This document shows positions 8,780-15,620 of a stretch of 24,992 nucleotides of DNA, piece after piece. Below the pieces are notes generated by a model. It searched no databases, was not told where the DNA came from, and was given only the letters and a program-made list of their open reading frames with translations. Made by a program: the position numbers and the translations under genes. The stretch lies in IMG/VR virus record IMGVR_UViG_3300045902_000392, positions 1 to 24,992 of that record. One strand, given 5' to 3'. The number at the start of each line of letters is the position of its first letter. Position 1 is the stretch's first letter. Source of the DNA: a virus. Taxonomy: Duplodnaviria; Caudoviricetes.

Positions 8780-10068
8780 TGCTCACCTTCGGACAGTTTC
8801 TCTCAGAAGCGGTCAACAAGTCAGAGATTGAATCACTTCGAAAGGACGCCGCGATGTTCAGCAAAAACATCCGACGCATCAAATCTCCCCGCGATCTGTA
8901 CATAGTCGTCCAAGCCTATGACAAATGGCTGGCCCACATGGAAGGCATTCTCATGTCTGTCTTCTCCATCAGCGGATCACAAAAGCGCGAAAAGCCGCAT
9001 GAGACGTGGGAAGAAAAAGAGGTACGGACGAAGTGGTGGAACCTTCACATCGAAGGCACCGGCATCTTTTTTGTGGATTGGCCGCGCGGCTCCGACGTTA
9101 TCCGACCCGCCAACGGAGAGAAGTACAAGCAATTCCGCTACGACGGCAAAGAAGCGGAATGGACGAAGTACTACGCCGGATTCGACAAGGCGCGCAACAG
9201 CATCTACACGAAGTACGGTAAGCTGACCCGCGACATGTTCGCCGCGATGGATGAATGGCTGTCGCAAAAAGGCGACAGTCTGGAATCCTACCAGAAAAAG
9301 GAAGAGTTCAAGTTCGCCGATGTGCGTGTTCGTTTCCTGACCACGGATGAGACAGAACAACGCGACAAAGCCAAACTGAAAGAGTACCTTCACGCATTGA
9401 AAATCGCCACCGACCGGCTACGTCACTTTGGGTTTGGCACCATTCTCAAAGACCTGATCTTCGAAGCTGACTTCGCAACGAACGATTGGGCGGCGGGTAC
9501 ATACGATCACAACAACACCATTCGATCCACCATGTTCGGATACTCCGATCCGCGTGTCATCGCGCACGAAGTCGGACACCACGTCTATTCCCGTGTCCTC
9601 AAGCCTAGCCAGCGCGAAGGATGGATCAACCTCATCAAGAAGAATCAGGTGAGCTTCACGGACAGCGACATGCGATCCTTGCGCCGGGCCTATGATAAAG
9701 TCGTTGCCATCGCCTTGAAGGATATGGATGAGTGGCAGAATCAAATCAAAGGTGTGTGGGAGAATCTTCCCCGGTTCATCGACGACGCACAGGCGAAGGA
9801 CATGTACGTGACGTTCTGGAAGCAATACCAGCACGGTGGCGGCGACATGTACATCCCGTCCCCGTTCAAGAACGACATCAATGCGGCTTGGTCGAAATTT
9901 GAAAGGACAGCGGGAGTGCCGTTTGCCTATCACGTGCCGACCGGGTACTCAAACAAGAACCCGGAAGAAGCCTTCTGTGAGACGTTCTCCTACTACATCA
10001 TGGGGCGTGGGTTGACGCTGTTCATGGAGAACCAGTTTCTCCGCATCACCGGCTTCCCGGCTAAGTAG
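8776..10068 (+). CDS. Zincin metallopeptidase-like protein (lethal-factor-like), probable head-packaged
   Basis: IAHEVGHH and distal YS..NPEEAFCE.F..Y; ATGA overlap with dps. Confidence 0.65.
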   Translation: MMLTFGQFLSEAVNKSEIESLRKDAAMFSKNIRRIKSPRDLYIVVQAYDKWLAHMEGILMSVFSISGSQKREKPHETWEEKEVRTKWWNLHIEGTGIFFVDWPRGSDVIRPANGEKYKQFRYDGKEAEWTKYYAGFDKARNSIYTKYGKLTRDMFAAMDEWLSQKGDSLESYQKKEEFKFADVRVRFLTTDETEQRDKAKLKEYLHALKIATDRLRHFGFGTILKDLIFEADFATNDWAAGTYDHNNTIRSTMFGYSDPRVIAHEVGHHVYSRVLKPSQREGWINLIKKNQVSFTDSDMRSLRRAYDKVVAIALKDMDEWQNQIKGVWENLPRFIDDAQAKDMYVTFWKQYQHGGGDMYIPSPFKNDINAAWSKFERTAGVPFAYHVPTGYSNKNPEEAFCETFSYYIMGRGLTLFMENQFLRITGFPAK

Positions 10069-10276
10069 TGGCTTCTTCGCGCACCGGGCAGACTTTATCG
10101 TAGTCCGGCCAGATCGCAGACTCATTGCGAATCTGAATGCTGAACACCACCGGTACCTTCGGAAGTTCCGGCACGGGCCACTGACAACGACCAACCGTCA
10201 GTTTCGTCAAACGTTTGCGCCCGGCCATGTCCCATTTGGCCCATTTGCATCCGACACATCCCGGTTTGGTGTTCAT
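10061..10276 (-). CDS. Small Cys-containing protein, likely leaderless
   Basis: ATG 6 nt after TACAAT of TTGACA-N18-TACAAT. Confidence 0.55.
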   Translation of the reverse strand: MNTKPGCVGCKWAKWDMAGRKRLTKLTVGRCQWPVPELPKVPVVFSIQIRNESAIWPDYDKVCPVREEATT

Positions 10277-10318
10277 ACTCACATTGTAACTCGTTAAACC
10301 GAGTTCTGTCAAGAGATT

Positions 10319-10404
10319 TGGAGACGGCGGTGGGACTCGAACCCACATTGGACTTGCGTCCCCACCTTCGGAGGGTGGTGCCTGATCCTTTAGACTACGC
10401 CGTC
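10319..10404 (-). tRNA. tRNA-Arg(CCG) with long variable arm
   Basis: CCACC-CTCCGAA-GGTGG; variable hairpin GGAC-GCAA-GTCC; CCA. Confidence 0.85.
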
Positions 10405-10420
10405 ATACTGTAGAACCTGT

Positions 10421-11212
10421 TTAGGCCGCGCCCGGCAAACCGTTCGAAAGATCCACTTCGATGGGTCCGGGCCGGGTGATTGGTTCAACGGGCCGCTTCG
10501 CCCGATTCAATTTCCACCACCAGCCGCCCATGATGTGCGCCGGGGTCTTCCATACGCTGTGCATCTTCAGCGACAGCGTGTTTCCATGATACACCAGCGC
10601 CGGAATGTGCAACAACGACAACTGCAAGTAGCACATGTGAACACACTTGGGGTCCACGTCAATCGCGGTGACATGCATGCCGGTCTGGTAGTTGATCCCG
10701 GCTTCTTTCAGTTCGTGCGCCAGTCCGATCACGTTCGCCCCGGCACCGCATGCCGGTTCCTGAAGGGTGATGTATCCGTTCGTCTGAATCAACTCCCGCA
10801 TCTGGTCATCGATCAACATCCGGCCCATCATCCGGCACAATTCGTAGGGAGTGAAAAACTGGCCCGCGTACTTGTTGGTGATCTCCATTTCCCCGTAGAT
10901 CATTCCAAGAGCGTCATGCGGCTCCGCTTCGAGCGCCAAAGTCAGTTCCGCCAGCATCTTGGGAAAAAGTGCGATTTCTTCCGGCTGATAGAACTTGACG
11001 ATCTCCATGTATCGCTTTTCACGCTCTTCGGCCTGTGGAAGATCGACGGCATTGCTCATGCTAAGCGCCGCCATTTCAACGAAATCCGCGAAGACCTTGC
11101 GATAGTCTGTCCGGCGGGCCGCGTCATGGATCAGCTTGACGATGTTCTTTCGATGATGTGCGGGTGTAGACTGTTCAACGACCGGCGGGGCAGCGGCTTT
11201 CTTTTTCGCCAT
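10421..11212 (-). CDS. N6-adenine DNA methyltransferase-like SAM-binding protein
   Basis: GQFFTP, EPACGAG, IDVD, HGNTL; no NPPY/F motif seen. Confidence 0.8.
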   Translation of the reverse strand: MAKKKAAAPPVVEQSTPAHHRKNIVKLIHDAARRTDYRKVFADFVEMAALSMSNAVDLPQAEEREKRYMEIVKFYQPEEIALFPKMLAELTLALEAEPHDALGMIYGEMEITNKYAGQFFTPYELCRMMGRMLIDDQMRELIQTNGYITLQEPACGAGANVIGLAHELKEAGINYQTGMHVTAIDVDPKCVHMCYLQLSLLHIPALVYHGNTLSLKMHSVWKTPAHIMGGWWWKLNRAKRPVEPITRPGPIEVDLSNGLPGAA

Positions 11213-11268
11213 TTTTGTTCCAGTCTACCACGTTCTGAAAGCTACCCGAAGTCTAAACATCGAATGTC

Positions 11269-11604
11269 ATGACTACCACCAACAACATCACCATCGTCTC
11301 TCCGACGACTGGAAGTATCGTCCCGGAGTGGGTCACTGTAGAGGTAAAAATTACCGACGCTCCACTTCGCCACAACCTACAACTGTTCGTGTACTCCGCT
11401 GACGGCAAGTTCTATCCGCAACGCCTGCCGGTATACGATGCTAAGCGCGACGTGTATGTCATACAGTGCCGGGTCGGATTCACCGTGCCGAACGCACAAT
11501 CCTACACCATCGTAGCGATTTCGAACAAACGGGTATGGAACATTGACGCGGTGATTGATGACGATACCTTCGCATCAATTCCCGTGATCGTCACCCGTCA
11601 GTAA
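11269..11604 (+). CDS. Hypothetical beta-rich (Ig-like?) protein
   Basis: ITIVSP..GS.V pattern; CTAAACA box upstream. Confidence 0.6.
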   Translation: MTTTNNITIVSPTTGSIVPEWVTVEVKITDAPLRHNLQLFVYSADGKFYPQRLPVYDAKRDVYVIQCRVGFTVPNAQSYTIVAISNKRVWNIDAVIDDDTFASIPVIVTRQ

Positions 11605-11608
11605 GGAT

Positions 11609-11683
11609 TGGCCGCTTCTGTCGGGATCGAACCGACCTCTGTGGGTTTTCAGTCCACCGCTAATCCGTCTCAGCTAAGAAGCG
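11609..11683 (-). tRNA. tRNA-Phe(GAA)
   Basis: GTGGA-CTGAAAA-CCCAC; CCA. Confidence 0.85.
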
Positions 11684-11686
11684 ATT

Positions 11687-11732
11687 TGCGACTTTCGCGT
11701 CCTTGAGGAACGAGAAAGTCGCATTTTCTTTT
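11687..11732 (+). terminator. Hairpin plus T tract
   Basis: TGCGACTTTC...GAAAGTCGCA followed by TTTTCTTTT. Confidence 0.5.
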
Positions 11733-11807
11733 GGTGGCTGGTCGCGGTTACGATCCGCGCTCTATGGTTTTTCAGACCATCGCTTTCACCAGATTAGCTT
11801 ACCAGCC
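11732..11807 (-). tRNA. tRNA-Phe(GAA) with atypical T loop
   Basis: ATGGT-CTGAAAA-ACCAT; T loop ATCGTAA; CCA. Confidence 0.8.
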
Positions 11808-12123
11808 ATTGTCGTGGACTGTGTTGTTCAGCGTGACAATTGGCACACAACAAGTCGCACTTCTCAAGTTCTTCCCGAACGCGATCCCAACTTTTGTTGG
11901 TGCCGTCCGAAACACGAAACTCTTTGATCTTTGGGTCCCGGTGATGAAACTGAAGTGCTCCCATATTGCGGTTGTATCCACATCTTTGACACCGACCACC
12001 TTTGTACTCTACCGCCATCCGTTTTCTTTTTAACCGAAAAGCAGTAACCCGACATGTACCACAAATACTACCTTTGGTAGAATCGCGGCGCTCGAAATCT
12101 TTTTCACACACCGAACATATCAC
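11794..12123 (-). CDS. HNH endonuclease
   Basis: CQRCGY...LQFHHRDP..K.F...ELEKC.LLCANCH.E.H. Confidence 0.85.
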   Translation of the reverse strand: MICSVCEKDFERRDSTKGSICGTCRVTAFRLKRKRMAVEYKGGRCQRCGYNRNMGALQFHHRDPKIKEFRVSDGTNKSWDRVREELEKCDLLCANCHAEQHSPRQWLVS

Positions 12124-12139
12124 ATCGGTATGTAGAAAT

Positions 12140-12214
12140 TGGCTCTCCCGGCAGGACTCGAACCTGCGACTATTCGATTAACAGTCGAACGCTCTACCAC
12201 TGAGCTACGGGAGA
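12140..12214 (-). tRNA. tRNA-Asn(GTT)
   Basis: TTCGA-CTGTTAA-TCGAA; CCA. Confidence 0.93.
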
Positions 12215-12266
12215 ATGAAACTTGACATATACATACTGATTGACCGTTGTTCGGTCAAGAGTGACT

Positions 12267-12902
12267 ATGAAACTACTACTTCTGTTAGCCACGACCTTGT
12301 TGTCGGCTGTGGCTCAGTGCAAGTATCCCGGAGCGACGTTGACCAGTGACATCTACTGGTCGGCACAGCCACCCGCTGTCCGCGCGCTTCGGAATCCTTC
12401 TGGAAACGTGTCGCCTAGTGAAATGCAAACGAAGGCATTGGCACTGGCGACGCAAGGCTACAAAATCGATGTGCCGATCATGGTATGGGGATGGAACCCT
12501 GTTTGCATGATGGGCATGCGAAAAGACTAAGGCTACACTTGGGTGCCTTCTGCCCTTCAGCCGAATATCGTGATTGCTCCCGGCTTGGACATGCCCGGTG
12601 TCCCGGCTTATGATCCGAAGAATCCGCCGCCGGGGTCCATTATGGTTTCTATCGATGCCAAGGACTATCTGCCGTTTGACCCGCCGCCGGTTGTCGTACC
12701 ACCGGTCAACACCAAGGCCCTTGTGGGTAAGTGCTTCGACGGAAGCGCCATCTGTGGACTTGGACCGGGTGCGGCCACTGCCGATCTTCGAAAGGCCGCT
12801 GGATTGACCAGCGGGAAAGTCGTCACAGAGAACGGTGTCAAGTACATCTTCAAGTCTGTGGACAACCCGTTCGGATCATCAGCGTGGTTCGAGAAGCAAT
12901 AA
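12267..12902 (+). pseudogene. Secreted Pro-rich protein interrupted by one in-frame TAA (12528-12530)
   Basis: Signal peptide; ...MMGMRKD*GYTWVPSALQP... continues in the same frame; terminator follows. Confidence 0.7.
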
Positions 12903-12923
12903 CAAGATCTGTTCGTCAACTTT

Positions 12924-12950
12924 GGCCGGGCCTTCGGGTCCGGCCTTTTT
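12924..12950 (+). terminator. Intrinsic terminator with CUUCGG loop
   Basis: GGCCGGGCC-TTCG-GGTCCGGCC-TTTTT. Confidence 0.9.
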
Positions 12951-13038
12951 ATTTCGCGCCACGGTGACCGCCCTCACCCTCTTTGGACTGACTGTCTGGT
13001 GACCCAAGCCGTGCCCGGCGGCGGTCCCGTGGAAACTT

Positions 13039-13112
13039 TGGCAGGGGTGGAGGGAATCGAACCCCCATGATCGGTTTTGGAGACCGAGGCTTTACCATTA
13101 AGCTACACCCCT
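13039..13112 (-). tRNA. tRNA-Trp(CCA)
   Basis: TCGGT-CTCCAAA-ACCGA; CCA. Confidence 0.92.
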
Positions 13113-13119
13113 ATGGAAT

Positions 13120-13254
13120 TGGGGACCGTCCTTAACCGGGTTCTTTAACAACTATGGCCCCGATCATCCGTGGAACTTGAGGAAGGCGTCACCCTCTGCC
13201 TTCTTGATCTAACAAGTCCTCTGTTTCAATGCCGCTCGAAAGCGATTGACGGTC
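13120..13254 (-). ncRNA. Unknown ~135-nt structured RNA with acceptor-like stem and CCA end
   Basis: GACCGTC...GACGGTC-C-CCA; internal hairpins GAAGGC/GCCTTC and CGCT-TTCG-AGCG. Confidence 0.5.
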
Positions 13255-13262
13255 ATAAACTT

Positions 13263-13336
13263 TGGCACTCCGGGTAGGATTTGAACCCACATCTAACAGG
13301 TTTGGAGTCTGTCGCTTTACGTTAAGCTACCGGAGC
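13263..13336 (-). tRNA. tRNA-Trp(CCA), short D loop
   Basis: ACAGA-CTCCAAA-CCTGT; CCA. Confidence 0.8.
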
Positions 13337-13341
13337 ATATT

Positions 13342-13427
13342 GCAGCGATCTGACCGGACTCGAACCGGCGCACGGATGAGCTAAGCTCACCACCCAAGGA
13401 TCTACCAACTGAACTACAGATCACTGC
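13342..13427 (-). ncRNA. tRNA-like element with abnormal anticodon arm (TTA at apex), no CCA
   Basis: 11-bp terminal stem, D-like GTTCAGTTGGTAGATC, T arm GCCGG-TTCGAGT-CCGGT, arm GGTGAGC-TTA-GCTCATC. Confidence 0.6.
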
Positions 13428-13433
13428 AAACTT

Positions 13434-13508
13434 TGGAGCGGGCGGCGGCACTCGAAGCCGCATGGTCGGGGTGGAAGCCCGATACTCTTCCTCTTAAGCT
13501 ACGCCCGC
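13434..13508 (-). tRNA. tRNA-Gly(TCC)
   Basis: TCGGG-CTTCCAC-CCCGA; GCG..CGC-TCCA. Confidence 0.88.
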
Positions 13509-13512
13509 GTGA

Positions 13513-13589
13513 TGGTTGCCCCGGTCGGATTCGAACCGACGACCTCTTCCATGTCAAGGAAGCGCGCTGACCAACTGCGCTACGGGACA
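13513..13589 (-). tRNA. tRNA-Val(GAC)
   Basis: CTTCC-TTGACAT-GGAAG; CCA. Confidence 0.92.
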
Positions 13590-13594
13590 ATGAT

Positions 13595-13670
13595 TGGTTG
13601 CGGAAGTGGGATTCGAACCCACGACCTCTAGCTTATGAGGCTAGCAAGCTGACCACTGCTCTATTCCGCA
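13595..13670 (-). tRNA. tRNA-Met(CAT), initiator-like body without the three G-C anticodon pairs
   Basis: CTAGC-CTCATAA-GCTAG; CCA. Confidence 0.88.
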
Positions 13671-13681
13671 AACTTGTTCGA

Positions 13682-13828
13682 CTAGTGGCCGATCTCTTCG
13701 ATGATGCCGATGATTTCGGATGCGATCAACACCGTAGCGGGCCAGAACCCACCGGGGATCATGTACATCAAAGCGTAACCCGCGATCCGCACCGCACTCT
13801 TGATGAAGCTGATGGTTTGATGACTCAT
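13682..13828 (-). CDS. Small hydrophobic phage protein (48 aa)
   Basis: MSHQTISFIKSAVRIAGY...SEIIGIIEE; CTAAACA box 5 nt upstream. Confidence 0.65.
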   Translation of the reverse strand: MSHQTISFIKSAVRIAGYALMYMIPGGFWPATVLIASEIIGIIEEIGH

Positions 13829-13851
13829 GCCACTGTTTAGTCGGAGAACTT

Positions 13852-13928
13852 TGGAGCACCGGGCGGAACTCGAATCCGCTAAGATAGGTTTTGCAGACCT
13901 ACGCTTCGACCACTTCAGCATCCGGTGC
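13852..13928 (-). tRNA. tRNA-Cys(GCA)
   Basis: TAGGT-CTGCAAA-ACCTA; TCCA. Confidence 0.88.
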
Positions 13929-13941
13929 ATGTTGGGAACTT

Positions 13942-14068
13942 TGGTCGGGAAGGTTGGATTCGAACCAACGACAACGCGCTTATGATGCGATAACCTTCAT
14001 CAGTCGGCTGTCTCCAGCAATTTGGCGACGAAGACCTTTACGTGCTCTATCCACTGAGCTACTTCCCG
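13942..14068 (-). ncRNA. tRNA(CAT) with ~50-nt Y-RNA-like module inserted in the anticodon stem
   Basis: Normal acceptor, D and T arms plus CCA; insert CTTCGTCGCCAAATTGCTG-GAGA-CAGCCGACTGATGAAGGTTAT; removing it gives CGCGC-ATCATAA-GCGCG. Confidence 0.8.
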
Positions 14069-14235
14069 ATGCTTTGCTGATGTGCTTCTACTTCTTCTAC
14101 GATGTCTTCATCGGCTTGAATCTGCATTAACATTTCGCGCCAGCACCAACCACAAAACATGTCGGTGTTGATGACATCCTCAATGCGAAAATCTCTCCAG
14201 TTATGACCACATGATGTCGGTGACGATTCAGGCAT
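14059..14235 (-). CDS. Small hypothetical protein (58 aa, CxxC)
   Basis: Manually read ORF MPESSPTSCGHNW...FCGWCW...; fills the spacer between two RNAs. Confidence 0.4.
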   Translation of the reverse strand: MPESSPTSCGHNWRDFRIEDVINTDMFCGWCWREMLMQIQADEDIVEEVEAHQQSIGK

Positions 14236-14237
14236 TT

Positions 14238-14366
14238 TGGTGGACCGGGTTGGATTCGAACCAACGACCTACGGCTTAATAGGCGATAACCTTCATCAGT
14301 CGGCTGTCACCAGCAATTTGGGCGACGAAGACTTTTTACGTTGCTCTGCCACTGAGCTACCGATCC
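14238..14366 (-). ncRNA. tRNA(ATT) with the same Y-RNA-like insert
   Basis: Near-identical insert with GTGA tetraloop; removing it gives ACGGC-CTATTAA-GCCGT; CCA. Confidence 0.8.
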
Positions 14367-14369
14367 ATA

Positions 14370-14445
14370 GTGAACAGCAAGTTGTTCGGCGAACGGGTTT
14401 TTGTCAATTAACAGTTGAGATAACCATCCACCTATCGGCTGTCAC
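14370..14445 (-). ncRNA. Minimal Y-like RNA presenting only an Asn(GTT) anticodon stem-loop
   Basis: GTGACAGC-C-GA...GGTTATC-TCAA-CTGTTAA-TTGA...TT-GCTGTTCAC. Confidence 0.7.
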
Positions 14446-14452
14446 TGAAACT

Positions 14453-14653
14453 CTATCTTATCACTTCACGAACCAACCCCAAAACTCCTAGCCGGGACTC
14501 TTTCCCGTCTTCTCCGATGACTACTACATCAGCATCTTCGGTGTCGAAGTAGTGATTGAAGCGGTCTGGCAAACGGGCGGGAATCTCTTCCAGCGTATCC
14601 CATTCACCTTCGGCCTGAACGCCGGACGGAGTGAGTATTCGGAACTTGGTCAT
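14453..14653 (-). CDS. Small hypothetical protein
   Basis: 66-aa ORF filling the gap between two Y-like RNAs. Confidence 0.55.
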   Translation of the reverse strand: MTKFRILTPSGVQAEGEWDTLEEIPARLPDRFNHYFDTEDADVVVIGEDGKESRLGVLGLVREVIR

Positions 14654-14661
14654 ATTTGAAA

Positions 14662-14803
14662 GGAAGCGGCAAGCAAGGTATCGGCGACGGAGATTTTAGG
14701 CGTCCTACCATTAGACGACGCGCTCCGAAGAACGCGATGGGATTCGAACCCACATCTCCCCTTTTGCAGAGGGATAACCATCACCTATCGGCTTGCCACT
14801 TCC
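14662..14803 (-). ncRNA. YrlA-like Y RNA with circularly permuted tRNA-Cys(GCA) body
   Basis: GGAAGTGGCAAGC-C-GA/TT-GCTTGCCGCTTCC; GGTTATC; CCT-CTGCAAA-AGG; T arm; acceptor CGCGTTC-TTCG-GAGCGCG; then D arm. Confidence 0.8.
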
Positions 14804-14931
14804 TTTGTTCTCCCCAACTGAATCCATCTTACCACGATGGACCGGGGAGTCATTGTTCCTAAACAGGCTCTTCAATTGTCAATGATCTGTGCGCCGTTGC
14901 CGATTACGCGGGCGGCGCGGACTGCAAAACT

Positions 14932-15008
14932 TGGTGAGCCGGGTGGGATTCGAACCCACAACCTTCCGATTAAAAGTCGGCTACTCTAGTCCGTTGAGTT
15001 ACCGGCCC
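14932..15008 (-). tRNA. tRNA-Lys(TTT)
   Basis: CCGA-CTTTTAA-TCGG; CCA. Confidence 0.9.
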
Positions 15009-15100
15009 ATATGAATGGACCGGGCCAACCGCTTGTTAGGCGGCGACCGATCCGGCAACTCGTTTCTCGAACAAAATCAATTCCATTTCCTTTTTCCTTT

Positions 15101-15178
15101 TGGTGAGCCGGGAGGGACTTGAACCCCCAACCTTCTGCTTAAGAGGCAGCTACTCTAGTCCTATTGAGTTACCGGCCC
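15101..15178 (-). tRNA. tRNA-Lys(CTT)
   Basis: CTGC-CTCTTAA-GCAG; CCA. Confidence 0.9.
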
Positions 15179-15184
15179 AAAATT

Positions 15185-15274
15185 TGGCTCCGGGAGTAGG
15201 GTTCGAACCTACATATGGGCATAAAGCCACGCCGCATTAACAGTGCGGTGCCTTACCAGTTAGGCGATCCCGGA
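15185..15274 (-). tRNA. tRNA-Asn(GTT) with long variable arm
   Basis: CCGCA-CTGTTAA-TGCGG; 19-nt variable region; GCCA. Confidence 0.85.
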
Positions 15275-15293
15275 ATAGACAACTTACGTTGTT

Positions 15294-15369
15294 TGGTGAA
15301 CCCCGTGGGCAACGATCCCACAACCTTCCGGTTAAGAGCCGGATGCTCTGCCAATTGAGCTAGAGGTTC
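15294..15369 (-). tRNA. tRNA-Lys(CTT) with atypical T loop
   Basis: TCCGG-CTCTTAA-CCGGA; T loop ATCGTTG; CCA. Confidence 0.85.
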
Positions 15370-15371
15370 AT

Positions 15372-15449
15372 TGGTAGTCCCGGTAGGAATCGAACCTACA
15401 ACGGCCTGTGTGTAAGACAGGTGCCAGTACCAGTTCCGGCGACAGGACC
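15372..15449 (-). tRNA. tRNA-Val(TAC)
   Basis: CCTGT-CTTACAC-ACAGG; CCA. Confidence 0.87.
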
Positions 15450-15454
15450 ATGTT

Positions 15455-15529
15455 TGGAGCGGGTAACGGGATTCGAACCCGTGTCTCAGCGTTGGCAACG
15501 CCGCGCTTTACCGACTAAGCTATACCCGC
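15455..15529 (-). tRNA. tRNA-Gly(GCC)
   Basis: CGGCG-TTGCCAA-CGCTG; TCCA. Confidence 0.92.
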
Positions 15530-15620
15530 ATTTTGCAGCGGCGACTTCGACATGCACATCCCGTTTAGCCGCATCACAGGACACCAGCGCGCGTTTCTCA
15601 CGCATCCGGCGTCGATAGTT

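Noticed and set aside
13990-14035. Hammerhead ribozyme suggested by CTGATGA in the tRNA inserts
   Set aside because: No GAAA/UH core arrangement; the other four family members lack CTGATGA
13942-14366. Group I/II intron or CRISPR repeats
   Set aside because: Inserts are only ~50 nt with no catalytic core; the repeats lie within tRNA bodies without regular spacers
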